This document shows positions 19,548-29,346 of a stretch of 64,000 nucleotides of DNA, in pieces (position 1 is the stretch's first letter; the number at the start of each line of letters is the position of its first letter). The stretch comes from an uncultured Pseudomonadales bacterium (GTDB lineage: Bacteria; Pseudomonadota; Gammaproteobacteria; Pseudomonadales; Azotimanducaceae), in contig CALSRT010000009.1 in assembly GCA_943788825.1 (NCBI GenBank), positions 61,743 to 125,742 on the forward strand. Reading direction: 5' to 3'. A program made the translations under genes and the position numbers. Below the pieces are notes generated by a model. That model had not been told where the DNA came from. It ran no database searches and saw nothing but the letters and a program-made list of their open reading frames with translations.

Positions 19548-20932
19548 TGATCAAGCGCGCACTTGGGTCGGTTTTGTTGTTACTGTTGGTAATGCTGTCG
19601 CCGTTGGTCAGCATGGCGGCTTTGCCCGAGTTTACGCAACTCGTCAAACAGGCTGCGCCGGCGGTAGTGAATATCACCGCGACCCGGCAGGCTGCAAGTC
19701 GTCAGTTCGAAAATTACAATGAAGAAGAAGTGCCAGAGTTGTTCCGCCGCTTCTTCGGAAATATACCTCGTCAAAATGCGCCTAGACCGTCTGCCGGTTC
19801 GGGGTTCATTATCTCTGAAGATGGTTATATTTTAACCAATAATCATGTAGTCGAAAACGCCAGTGAAATTCTGGTGGCCTTGAGTGATCGTCGTGAGCGT
19901 ATGGCGACCTTAGTGGGCTCAGATAAACTGTCAGACCTGGCGCTGCTCAAGATAGATGCTGAGGATCTGCCGATGGTCAAACTGGGCAGCTCTGAGCAGT
20001 TGGAAGTGGGCGAGTGGGTGGTTGCGATCGGCTCACCCTTTGGTTTCGAGTATTCTGTCACAGCAGGTATTGTCAGTGCTAAGGGCCGCAGTTTGCCCAT
20101 GGAAGCTGAGGGCAACTATGTGCCATTTATCCAGACTGATGTGGCAATTAACCCGGGTAATTCCGGTGGTCCCTTGTTTAATCTCAAGGGTCAAGTCGTG
20201 GGTATCAACTCGCAAATATTCACGCGTTCTGGCGGTTTTATGGGGCTATCTTTCGCTATACCCATTGATGTCGCCATGGAAGTCGTGGCGCAGTTAAAGG
20301 ACAAGGGTGCCGTAGCCCGCGGTTGGTTGGGCGTTTTGATTCAGCGAGTCGATCGAGATCTGGCCGAGTCTTTTGGTATGGATCGAGCCGCCGGCGCCCT
20401 GGTGACTCAGGTCTTTGCTAACAGTCCAGCGTCCAAGGGTGGCCTGCGAGAGGGGGATATTATTGTTTCTTTTGATGGTAAGCCCATCGATCTGTCATCT
20501 GATTTGCCCCACGTCGTTGGCCGAACCCAGGCAGAGTCAGAGGTGGACGTGGTGGTTGTCAGAGACAGCGCGCGGAAGACGCTGAAAATCAAGGTCGGGC
20601 TGCTCGATGTTGCTGATATTCAGGCGCCAGGCGGTCCTGGCGTCATCGACAACTCGAATCTCCTGGGCCTGGATGTTCGCGACCTTACAGCGGATGAACA
20701 GGCTGCATTAGGTGTCGACAAGGGTCTGCTGGTGGTGCGAGTGGCAGACGGGCCGGGGCGCGTCGCCGGTGTGAGTCGCGGCGATGTCATCACGACCATT
20801 AACAGCCAGTGGGTAGGGTCAGCAAAAAGCTTTGGCCAGATGGTTGAAAAGCTACCCCGTGACGTGGCCATACCTGTTCGAATTATACGTAACCAACGAC
20901 CAGAATTCCTGGTAATCAAGGTTCCTAGATAG
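19547..20932 (+). CDS. degP: DegP/DegQ/MucD family periplasmic serine endoprotease
   Basis: Signal peptide, trypsin-like catalytic residues (TNNHV, DLALLK, GNSGGPL) and two PDZ regions. TAATG overlap with the rseC stop. Confidence 0.9.
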   Translation: MIKRALGSVLLLLLVMLSPLVSMAALPEFTQLVKQAAPAVVNITATRQAASRQFENYNEEEVPELFRRFFGNIPRQNAPRPSAGSGFIISEDGYILTNNHVVENASEILVALSDRRERMATLVGSDKLSDLALLKIDAEDLPMVKLGSSEQLEVGEWVVAIGSPFGFEYSVTAGIVSAKGRSLPMEAEGNYVPFIQTDVAINPGNSGGPLFNLKGQVVGINSQIFTRSGGFMGLSFAIPIDVAMEVVAQLKDKGAVARGWLGVLIQRVDRDLAESFGMDRAAGALVTQVFANSPASKGGLREGDIIVSFDGKPIDLSSDLPHVVGRTQAESEVDVVVVRDSARKTLKIKVGLLDVADIQAPGGPGVIDNSNLLGLDVRDLTADEQAALGVDKGLLVVRVADGPGRVAGVSRGDVITTINSQWVGSAKSFGQMVEKLPRDVAIPVRIIRNQRPEFLVIKVPR

Positions 20933-21030
20933 AACACTGGCTGAAGAAGTTGTTCATGGCGTATAAGCCGCGAATACATTAGACTTCACCGCTTTGTTTT
21001 TGAGGCGGCATATAACGCCGTTGTGCACAA

Positions 21031-22830
21031 TTGGCCGACACGCAGTACATTCGAAATTTTTCTATCATTGCCCATATTGATCATGGCAAGTCGACGCTGG
21101 CTGATCGATTTATTCAGGTCTGCGGTGGTCTGGAACAACGTGACATGGCCGCCCAGGTGCTGGACTCCATGGATATTGAGCGTGAGCGCGGTATTACCAT
21201 CAAAGCCCAGAGCGTCACGCTTTACTATAACGCGGATGATGGTCATCAGTACCAACTGAACTTTATTGATACGCCGGGCCATGTGGACTTCAGTTATGAA
21301 GTCTCGCGGTCATTGGCAGCCTGTGAAGGGGCTTTGTTGGTGGTTGATGCCGCCCAAGGCGTCGAAGCTCAATCTGTGGCCAATTGTTATACTGCCATTG
21401 AGCAGGGACTGGAGGTGTTGCCGGTACTGAATAAGATCGATTTGCCGCAATCGGACCCGGAAACTGTGATTCAGGAAATCGAAGAGATTATTGGCATCGA
21501 TGCAACGGATGCGCTGCGGGTTAGTGCCAAAACCGGAGTCGGCATTCATGAGTTACTCGAGGAGTTGGTTCGGGTCATTCCGGCGCCCAAAGAAGCTCGT
21601 CATCTGCCAGCACAAGCGCTGATCATTGATTCATGGTTTGATAATTATCTGGGTGTTGTTTCCCTGATTCGCGTCATGCAAGGTCAAATCGCAGTCAAAG
21701 ATAAAATCATTCTGAAGTCTCTGGGAAAAGTGCATCAGGTTGACTCGGTGGGGATCTTCACACCGAAACGCAAAGAGACCAAGGTGTTGCAAGCCGGTGA
21801 AGTAGGCTTTCTGGTCGCTGGCATTAAGGATGTAAAGGGAGCCCCCGTAGGCGATACAATTGTCCTTTCTTCGACGCCTGAGGTGAAAGCTTTACCGGGG
21901 TTCGAAAAGGTCAAACCGCAGGTTTATGCCGGTATGTTTACAGTCAGTGCTGATGACTTTGAAAGTTTTCGAGATGCATTGGAAAAACTCACTCTGAACG
22001 ATGCCTCTTTGGTTTACGAACCAGAGAGTTCGGATGCGCTAGGCAACGGTTTTCGTTGTGGCTTTCTCGGCATGCTGCATATGGAAATTATTCAGGAACG
22101 GCTCGAACGCGAATACGATATTGACCTGATAACCTCGGCACCAACGGTTGTCTATGAGGTGTTGCTGAAAAATGCACAGACCATCAAGGTAGATAACCCC
22201 TCCCAGCTACCCGATCCCTCAGCGATCGAGGAAATGCGGGAACCTATTGCGCGAGTGAATATCCTAGTGCCCTCGGAGTATCTGGGTAGTGTCATCAAGC
22301 TCTGCGTTGAGCGTCGTGGGGTTCAAAAAGATATGCAGTTTGTGGGTAAACAAGTCTCCTTGACCTACGATATCCCACTCAACGAGGTGGTTCTGGATTT
22401 CTTCGATCGCCTGAAGTCGAGCAGTCGCGGCTACGCCTCGCTGGATTATAGCTTTGATCGATTTGAGGCAGCCCGTCTCGACCGTCTGGATGTGCTGATC
22501 AATGGTGATAAGGTGGATGCTTTGTCACTCATCGTGCATCGAGAAGAGGCGCGCAGTAAAGGCTTCGCCTTGACTAAAAAGATGAAAGAGTTGATTCCCC
22601 GGCAAATGTTTGATGTGGCGATTCAGGCGGCGATTGGTGGCCAGATAGTCGCTCGCGAAACGGTTAAGGCTTTGCGAAAAAATGTTACTGCTAAGTGTTA
22701 CGGCGGTGATATTTCCCGCAAGAAAAAATTGTTAGAGAAGCAGAAAGCAGGCAAGAAACGTATGAAACAGCTGGGTAGCGTTGAAATCCCTCAGGAAGCT
22801 TTTTTGGCTGTATTGAAGGTCGATCGATGA
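21031..22830 (+). CDS. lepA: translation elongation factor 4 (LepA)
   Basis: [21 protein letters not shown]1 motif, [13 protein letters not shown]. 599 aa. TTG start. Confidence 0.95.
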   Translation: MADTQYIRNFSIIAHIDHGKSTLADRFIQVCGGLEQRDMAAQVLDSMDIERERGITIKAQSVTLYYNADDGHQYQLNFIDTPGHVDFSYEVSRSLAACEGALLVVDAAQGVEAQSVANCYTAIEQGLEVLPVLNKIDLPQSDPETVIQEIEEIIGIDATDALRVSAKTGVGIHELLEELVRVIPAPKEARHLPAQALIIDSWFDNYLGVVSLIRVMQGQIAVKDKIILKSLGKVHQVDSVGIFTPKRKETKVLQAGEVGFLVAGIKDVKGAPVGDTIVLSSTPEVKALPGFEKVKPQVYAGMFTVSADDFESFRDALEKLTLNDASLVYEPESSDALGNGFRCGFLGMLHMEIIQERLEREYDIDLITSAPTVVYEVLLKNAQTIKVDNPSQLPDPSAIEEMREPIARVNILVPSEYLGSVIKLCVERRGVQKDMQFVGKQVSLTYDIPLNEVVLDFFDRLKSSSRGYASLDYSFDRFEAARLDRLDVLINGDKVDALSLIVHREEARSKGFALTKKMKELIPRQMFDVAIQAAIGGQIVARETVKALRKNVTAKCYGGDISRKKKLLEKQKAGKKRMKQLGSVEIPQEAFLAVLKVDR

Positions 22831-23636
22831 GTATTAATTTTCCACTATTTCTATTAGTGTTGACGGCCATAACCGGTGTTATCTGGTTATTTGACATTTT
22901 GGTGCTGCGACCCAAACGCCGGCGTAATGTGGCGCAGTTGAATGCACAATCAGTCGACCTGACGCCAGCAATGGATGAGGCGCGACAAGCAGTCATGAAA
23001 GAGCCTGTGGTTGTGGAGTATGCCATATCCTTCTTTCCGGTATTGCTGGTGGTTTTGGTGTTGCGCTCATTTCTCATCGAGCCTTTTCAAATCCCTACCG
23101 GATCCATGATCCCGACGTTGAAAGTCGGTGATTTTATCGTTGTGAATAAGTTTGCCTATGGCGTTCGGTTGCCTGTTTTTGGTACCAAGGTGTTCGCCGT
23201 TGATGAGCCGAAAAATGGCGATGTCATGGTATTTGTGCCGCCTCACGAAGATGAATACTTTATTAAGCGAGTCATCGGCATCCCCGGAGATACGATTCGT
23301 TATGAAAACAAGATTCTGTCGATCAACGGAGTCGAGCAGGTTCAAGAATTTATTGCCGAGATTCCACCGAATCGACCCGATCATGTGGTTTACAAGGAGA
23401 CCATTGGCGGCGTAGAGCATTTTATTCATCGCAGTGCGTTTCGTGGTAATGGACCCCAGGAATGGGTTGTGCCTGAGGGAATGTACTTTATGATGGGCGA
23501 TAACCGAGACCGAAGCAGCGACAGCCGGTATTGGGGAATGGCCTCAGAAGACCGTATAGTAGGAAAGGCGTTTGCAGTCTGGCTGCATTGGGACTCAGGG
23601 TTCCCAAGTTTTTCCCACAACGGCTGGATTGAATAA
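22827..23636 (+). CDS. lepB: signal peptidase I
   Basis: Catalytic [10 protein letters not shown] (Ser) and [12 protein letters not shown] (Lys) boxes, [14 protein letters not shown]. Overlaps the lepA stop. Confidence 0.95.
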   Translation: MSINFPLFLLVLTAITGVIWLFDILVLRPKRRRNVAQLNAQSVDLTPAMDEARQAVMKEPVVVEYAISFFPVLLVVLVLRSFLIEPFQIPTGSMIPTLKVGDFIVVNKFAYGVRLPVFGTKVFAVDEPKNGDVMVFVPPHEDEYFIKRVIGIPGDTIRYENKILSINGVEQVQEFIAEIPPNRPDHVVYKETIGGVEHFIHRSAFRGNGPQEWVVPEGMYFMMGDNRDRSSDSRYWGMASEDRIVGKAFAVWLHWDSGFPSFSHNGWIE

Positions 23637-23697
23637 ATGGTACTAGAGAGTTTCTATGACATTTGAGCTTAATTTTTAAGTTGATCAAGGGTCGAAT

Positions 23698-24072
23698 ATG
23701 GGTTTACCACAGCATCAAAGAGGCCTGGGCGCGATTGGTTGGCTGGTTCTGGTTTTTGTATTTGGCAGTCTATTGACGCTCGGTTTGAAAGTGGTTCCCG
23801 TCTACACGGATAACGCCACTATTGAGCGCATTCTTGACGGGCTGGCAGCCGAACCTGAAATGGGCAGCAAAAGCACCGGCGCAATCGATAAAATTATCAA
23901 GGCGCGATTCCATGTGAATAATATACGGGATTTCGATTACTCGAAGAACCTTACGATCGTCAGAGATAATGACGGAGCGCGCATTATTTTAGACTACGAG
24001 GTGCGTGTGCCGCTGGTCTACAACCTTGACCTGATCGCATCATTCAACAAAACTGTGGCGTTACAAAATTAA
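23698..24072 (+). CDS. small membrane-anchored protein (DUF4845-like) between lepB and rnc
   Basis: 124 aa with a single N-terminal TM helix (AIGWLVLVFVFGSLLTLGL). Same position as the DUF4845 gene in Pseudomonas-type lepA-lepB-rnc clusters. The family assignment comes from memory of that synteny. Confidence 0.65.
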   Translation: MGLPQHQRGLGAIGWLVLVFVFGSLLTLGLKVVPVYTDNATIERILDGLAAEPEMGSKSTGAIDKIIKARFHVNNIRDFDYSKNLTIVRDNDGARIILDYEVRVPLVYNLDLIASFNKTVALQN

Positions 24073-24098
24073 CGCTCGACTTATCTCTCAGGGTTTTC

Positions 24099-24803
24099 GT
24101 GGCAGCTAACAGTAAACTGGAACATCGTCTAGGCTACGTATTTACGGACCCTGATCTGCTTGCGCGGGCACTGACTCATCGCAGTCATCAGGACCTGAAC
24201 TACGAACGGCTGGAATTTCTGGGTGACTCAATTCTTAGCTTCGCGATCGCTGAATATCTTTATCATCGATTTCCCGAAGCTCGCGAGGGGCAGTTGAGCC
24301 GATTGCGGGCAAGAATTGTCAGGCGCGAAACGCTCGCTGAAGTGGCCAGAGAATTCGGGTTAGGTGATTTTCTGATTATGGGTAGTGGCGAGCTCAAGAG
24401 CGGTGGCTTTGAACGGTCCTCTATACTGTCTGATGTTCTTGAAGCCATCATCGGTGGCATCTACCTGGAGGCAGGTGTTGCAACGGTTGTAGAGCGGATT
24501 AACAGTTGGTTCGGTCCGCGGCTGGAGGCGCTGAGTTTGGTCAGGTCACAAAAAGACCCTAAGTCACTGCTGCAGGAATATCTGCAATCGAAGAAATCCG
24601 GTTTGCCAGAATACAGTATCACGAGTATTGAAGGTAAATCCCACGATCAGGTATTCACCGTGGAGTGCAGTGTGTCGCTACTGGCGCAGCCACTTGTGGG
24701 CGTTGCAGCGAATCGGCGAGATGCCGAACAGATGGCCGCGCGGCAAGCTCTTGCTGGGCTGGGCGTGAATTTTGAGTTTGAACAGGCTTTAACCAATGAG
24801 TGA
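24099..24803 (+). CDS. rnc: ribonuclease III
   Basis: RNase III signature [13 protein letters not shown] plus a C-terminal dsRBD. GTG start. Confidence 0.95.
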   Translation: MAANSKLEHRLGYVFTDPDLLARALTHRSHQDLNYERLEFLGDSILSFAIAEYLYHRFPEAREGQLSRLRARIVRRETLAEVAREFGLGDFLIMGSGELKSGGFERSSILSDVLEAIIGGIYLEAGVATVVERINSWFGPRLEALSLVRSQKDPKSLLQEYLQSKKSGLPEYSITSIEGKSHDQVFTVECSVSLLAQPLVGVAANRRDAEQMAARQALAGLGVNFEFEQALTNE

Positions 24804-25713
24804 ATCCGTGACTGAAACCCATCCCGTCAAGCGCTGTGGCTATGTTGCTATTGTGGGTCGTCCCAATGTCGGCAAATCAACCCTGCTGAACTATATTCTT
24901 GGGCAGAAGTTGAGTATCACTTCGCGCAAACCCCAAACGACCCAGCATACCCTGCTGGGAATTAAGTCTGTGGCCGCCACCCAGACCATCTATGTGGATA
25001 CCCCGGGGATTCATGGCGATGCCAAGAAAGCCATTAACCGACACATGAATCGTAATGCCAAGGATGCCTTGCGAGACGTGGATGTGGTTGTCTTTGTGAC
25101 GGATAGAACTGAATGGCAAAGTGATGATGAAATCACCGCCCTTGCGGTGATGCACAGCAAAGCGCCAGTGATCATTGTCATCAACAAGATCGACCTGTTG
25201 AAAGATAAAAGCGTGTTGCTGCCCCAGCTGGCGATGCTGCAAGAACGCATGCCAAATGCTGAAATAGTGCCCTTGTCCGCGATGCACGGTGATAACCTGG
25301 AAAAGCTGGAGTCTATGATCAATATGAAGCTACCAGCGGGACCCTTTATGTTCCCTGATGACCAGATCACGAATCGGAGTGAGCGATTTCTGGTGGCGGA
25401 AATCGTGCGAGAGAAGATCGTTCGCCAGCTTGGCGAAGAGATTCCTTATGCCGCGACAATTCAGATCGAGAGATTCGCAACAGAAGGCAAAATTCTCCAC
25501 ATCGACGCCTTGATACTGGTGGAACGTGACGGTCAAAAGGCGATCATTATCGGTAAGAGTGGTGCTCGGCTAAAGCGGATCGGTACAGAAGCTCGGTTAG
25601 ACATTGAGGGTTTACTCGAGCAGAAGGTGATGCTTAAACTCTGGGTGAAGGTCAAGTCTGGCTGGTCTGATGACGAGCGCGCGCTGAAAAGCCTCGGCTA
25701 TGATGATGTCTGA
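24796..25713 (+). CDS. era: GTPase Era
   Basis: [13 protein letters not shown]1, DTPG, NKID, and a C-terminal KH domain. Overlaps the rnc stop. Confidence 0.95.
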   Translation: MSESVTETHPVKRCGYVAIVGRPNVGKSTLLNYILGQKLSITSRKPQTTQHTLLGIKSVAATQTIYVDTPGIHGDAKKAINRHMNRNAKDALRDVDVVVFVTDRTEWQSDDEITALAVMHSKAPVIIVINKIDLLKDKSVLLPQLAMLQERMPNAEIVPLSAMHGDNLEKLESMINMKLPAGPFMFPDDQITNRSERFLVAEIVREKIVRQLGEEIPYAATIQIERFATEGKILHIDALILVERDGQKAIIIGKSGARLKRIGTEARLDIEGLLEQKVMLKLWVKVKSGWSDDERALKSLGYDDV

Positions 25714-26510
25714 TGTACTTTCTCCGGCCTATGTTTTGCACAGCCGAAAGTACCAAGACTCAAGCTTGATTGTTGAATTGCTCACCCGCGATGAAGGTCG
25801 TATCAGCGCGGTTGTGCGTGGCGCCAAGAATAAACGCGGCCGTCAAGCCGGGGTCTGGCAGCCATTTATGCCTCTGCTCGTTTCGTCTTTTGGGCGGGGT
25901 GAGTTACGGACTGTGAAGCATGCCGAGTTTTTGCAAACTGCGTTTCATCTCACGGGTGACAATCTCTTGCTAGGTCTGTATGTGAATGAGCTTCTGGTTC
26001 GGGTGCTTGGTAAATTTGAGGCGGTGCCTGAGGTGTTTGGCGAATACCAGACACTGCTCAATGAACTCGCCACAATCGACGGGGGTACCAGGCGAGTTGG
26101 CAAACAGCGCCTCTACTGTGGCCGAGCGTGGGCCTCGATATCGTAATCAGGGTGCCCTGCGGGCCTTCGAGCTGCAATTGCTGGCCGAGTTAGGTTACGG
26201 TATCAGTTTTACCGCGGAGGCCGGTGGCGGCGCTGCGGTCGTCTCAGGGCAACGCTATCGATTCGTTGCCGAAGAAGGCTTTTATCCGCTGGGGCCGGGC
26301 AATGATTCCGCTGATACAGGGTATCCGGGCGAGCATCTGCTGGCTATCGAGGCACGACAGTTTGATTCCGACGCTGTCGATCATTCTGCCAAATACATCA
26401 TTCGGCTGGCATTTGCCGGTTTGCTTGGCGGCAAGCCACTCAAGTCCCGAGAGCTATTCAAACCGATCGCCTACGGCCTCGAACGTACCGTTGCTGAGGA
26501 CAAGATATGA
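25700..26510 (+). pseudogene. recO: DNA repair protein RecO, interrupted by a +1 frameshift at a G5 run
   Basis: ORF 25700..26146 carries the RecO N-terminal OB-fold region (AYVLHSRKYQDSSLIVELLTRDEGRISAVVRGAK). ORF 25986..26510 carries the C-terminal region (ALRAFELQLLAELGY). Removing one G from GGGGG at 26081-26085 joins them into one reading frame of about 269 aa. Confidence 0.8.
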
Positions 26511-26890
26511 TCCTTGGTATCGGTACAGATCTGGTGCAGATCGATCGAGTTGCGACTGCGCTGGCGCGATGGGGCGAAAAATTCGCCAGCAAAATTCTTG
26601 CTGAATCTGAGTTGGCACAGTTTCGACTTAACCCTAGTGCTGCCTTTTTAGCCAAGCGCTTTGCCGCTAAAGAAGCCGTTGCCAAGGCCTTGGGCACTGG
26701 CATGCGGCTTGGTGTTAATTTTCCGCAGATTGCGGTTGTCGGTAAGCCTGGCTATCGACCGGAGATCTGTATGACAGGTGCTGCTGCCGAGCGCGCGAGG
26801 TCAATGGGGGTTAAGGTCTCGCACTTGTCGATTAGCGATGAGCAGGAGTATGCGCTGGCGTTTGTTGTGCTGGAAGGTGCTGGAAGGTGA
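26507..26890 (+). CDS. acpS: holo-[acyl-carrier-protein] synthase
   Basis: MILGIGTDLVQIDR and FAAKEAVAKALGTG motifs. 127 aa. Confidence 0.9.
   Translation: MILGIGTDLVQIDRVATALARWGEKFASKILAESELAQFRLNPSAAFLAKRFAAKEAVAKALGTGMRLGVNFPQIAVVGKPGYRPEICMTGAAAERARSMGVKVSHLSISDEQEYALAFVVLEGAGR
26867..26886. repeat. 10-bp direct duplication immediately before the acpS stop codon
   Basis: gtgctggaag gtgctggaag, then gtga. The duplication is not a multiple of 3. Confidence 0.85.
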
Positions 26891-26953
26891 TGCCAGAAGA
26901 GTCGACGTGACCCCAATAGGGATCAACGCTGATGGTGTAATCGTCGGGATGAT

Positions 26954-29221
26954 CTAAGTGTTTCCAGGCAATTGTCGCAGGTTCGTGCGCGGTATTTCCA
27001 GCAACGGATTCGGAGTTTCGCGATACCACTGTTCGAGCGCGTCGAGTTCCTGCTGGGCCTGGTGAAGAGCGATGGGAAGGTCTTTCGCTGCGTCTGCTTT
27101 GATCAAGGTTTCTAACCGATCAATCGTCGATTGAACTCTGGGAATGCCGCAAAACTGACATGCACCATTGAGTCGATGGACCACTTCGCGCATTAAGCCA
27201 ATGTTGTTGTCGGTGATTCCTTGCTTCAATTTAGCGCGATCTTGTGGCAGTGATTGCATGAATAAATCAAGCATTTCGAGAGCCAGATCAGGCTGTTGAT
27301 TTGCGATCCTAAATGCTAGCTCTCGGTCGAATATGGGTATTGCCTGAAATGCTTCGCCGGGTGCTAAGTCAGAGCCAAATTCACCGCTAATCCAGGTTGT
27401 TAGATTTTGGTTTAAATAGTCTATCGTTAAGGGTTTTATTAAAATTTCGTTGGCACCCGCTGCGATTGTGGCAGCTCGCTCCGAGTTAAGTAAATGGGCG
27501 GTTAAAGCGATGATTGGTAGCTTTAGACCATAAGTGGTTCTGAGTTCTTGGATTGCTTCCAAACCATTCATGTGTGGCATATGAATATCCATGAAAATCA
27601 GGTCGACAGTTTGGCTTATGACGCAGCTAATCGCCTGCTCTCCGTCGCTAGCTGCCAATACGTTATAGCCTGACTGACGCAACAGTGTGGCTAAAAATTG
27701 CCTGGCCAGGAGATCGTCGTCGACAACCAAAATGTTAAGTTGCTGCGCGGCGGCCAATGAATATTTGTTGGTCAGCAGCCTGATAAGCTCCGATTGGCGT
27801 AGAGGTTGGGGCATAACCAGCCAGTCTGAGCGGCTCAAGGTGCGAGTATTATTGAGTAAAAGCACGTCTGTGTTAGTTGCCAGAGATGCTGTGATCGACA
27901 GGATTTCCGCATGCTCGTCGTGCCCGATAAAGCAGAGGTCTGCGGCGGACCCAGGTTCGAGGATCTCGATGCCAAGCTGTTCCAGGCGATGACTTAAGCC
28001 GTATGCCTGCCTGGGATTGCGGCCGTGGACCGTTGCGGTCAAACCAGCAGGTGCTAAGCGTATCGTTGTTGACGTGCAGTTTACCGGTATGTACAAGCCA
28101 TTTCCCTTGATTTCGCCCTTAATACTATCCACCAATTGGGAGAGTCGTGCCGTTGGCTCAGAGATTGTTTGCCTCACGGCGGAGTCCAGAGAAAGTCGAA
28201 GGCACTGGTGCTGATTGTCGAGTTGGTCGAGTTGATTGTCGAATTGATTGTCTGCCATGCGGCTAATGTGAAGTAAAAAAGTGGTTAATGACTGAGGCGG
28301 CGCTGCTGTTAAGCAGGCCAGTAGATAATTAAAGATTATCGACTTTAGGGCGAGTTCGTTGCCTATCAGGTCATGCTGGCACAGCCTGTCGTAAATGGGG
28401 AGTAGCTCACATCCGTAGCGGGTCAGTAAGGGTTGGAGTAACGCGATGACATCATCAATAGCGTCTCTGAGGCTGAACTCAGCCTCGCTGTTGGGCTCTT
28501 TACCCGTAAAGCCAGGGGTCATTCGAGTCGTTATTTCAGCCTGGTAAAATAGTAATTGCGTGGCGCTCGAGTGTATTTGTTTCTTCAATGTCGCGTTGGG
28601 GCTAGTGCCACCAAGGAGATTCGTAAAGCCCGTGATGGATTGCAGGCTATTGTTGATCAGGTATGACAGTTGCAGCTGCTCTTCACGGTCCGATTTTTGG
28701 TCGTTGGTGAGCCGAATATTTTGCTTCTCAACCAGATCGAGTGCCTGCTCAATGCGAGTTAATTTTCGTTGCAAAGCGAATCGGCGTTTATCCTCTGAGC
28801 GCTGTAATTGTCGAGTAGCCTGCTTCGCGGCGACGATGGTGGCAGCTTGTTGGATTGTGAGAAATGTCTTAAGCCTCGTCGGTAAGGCGGTTAGTGACTG
28901 CGAATTTTCCAAGCGGTCCAAACTGATTACGCTTTGATGGGAAGTCGAAGCAGTGACGGAGCTCGGTTTACCATTCGTAGTGATCACGGCGCTGATGCTA
29001 CTTAATGGTTGTAGAAAATGGGTCACCAAGTGCTGGTAGATTAGTTTGCTAATCATGCTAAGTATGACGGCAAATATGGTGATGCCGGGCCAGGCTAACG
29101 CTGGCAGGCTTGTGCTGAAATAGCCGAATAGGGCGATTAAGCCGCAGAATACCAGCACTGGTAGCGTAGCAATCAGGGCGAGAGTAGTTCGATAATCATC
29201 ATGCCACGGTCTGAACATCAT
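26954..29221 (-). CDS. membrane-anchored hybrid phosphorelay protein (degenerate kinase core, receiver, HPt) in the GacS/BarA position
   Basis: 755 aa. Two N-terminal TM helices. A DHp-like segment LSYLINNSLQSITGFTNLL with no His. No recognisable N/G1/G2 ATP-binding boxes. Intact receiver (ILVVDDD...IFMDIHMP...ALTA...IKP). Intact HPt (HRLNGACQFCG). Divergent from cysM. Confidence 0.8.
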   Translation of the reverse strand: MMFRPWHDDYRTTLALIATLPVLVFCGLIALFGYFSTSLPALAWPGITIFAVILSMISKLIYQHLVTHFLQPLSSISAVITTNGKPSSVTASTSHQSVISLDRLENSQSLTALPTRLKTFLTIQQAATIVAAKQATRQLQRSEDKRRFALQRKLTRIEQALDLVEKQNIRLTNDQKSDREEQLQLSYLINNSLQSITGFTNLLGGTSPNATLKKQIHSSATQLLFYQAEITTRMTPGFTGKEPNSEAEFSLRDAIDDVIALLQPLLTRYGCELLPIYDRLCQHDLIGNELALKSIIFNYLLACLTAAPPQSLTTFLLHISRMADNQFDNQLDQLDNQHQCLRLSLDSAVRQTISEPTARLSQLVDSIKGEIKGNGLYIPVNCTSTTIRLAPAGLTATVHGRNPRQAYGLSHRLEQLGIEILEPGSAADLCFIGHDEHAEILSITASLATNTDVLLLNNTRTLSRSDWLVMPQPLRQSELIRLLTNKYSLAAAQQLNILVVDDDLLARQFLATLLRQSGYNVLAASDGEQAISCVISQTVDLIFMDIHMPHMNGLEAIQELRTTYGLKLPIIALTAHLLNSERAATIAAGANEILIKPLTIDYLNQNLTTWISGEFGSDLAPGEAFQAIPIFDRELAFRIANQQPDLALEMLDLFMQSLPQDRAKLKQGITDNNIGLMREVVHRLNGACQFCGIPRVQSTIDRLETLIKADAAKDLPIALHQAQQELDALEQWYRETPNPLLEIPRTNLRQLPGNT
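28213..28257. repeat. imperfect 12/9-bp in-frame tandem repeats inside the hybrid phosphorelay gene
   Basis: gattgtcgagtt / ggtcgagtt / gattgtcgaatt / gattgtctgcca on the plus strand, encoding DNQFDNQLDQLDNQ on the minus strand. Confidence 0.7.
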
Positions 29222-29346
29222 GTTTCACCACGATATTTGTGTTTATGACCCAAACGCATTTCGATAGATTAAGCAGATATTATCTGAATGTGGCATATTC
29301 TCCTATGATTACCCCCTTAAATTGCCTGAGCTAAGTTGCCACTAAT

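Noticed and set aside
26075-26090. Programmed ribosomal frameshifting in recO (and in the hydrolase gene at 11301..11368)
   Set aside because: I see no slippery heptamer plus stimulatory structure or internal SD. Neither gene family is known to use recoding. The recO site is a plain G5 homopolymer, the classic site of indel errors or mutations.
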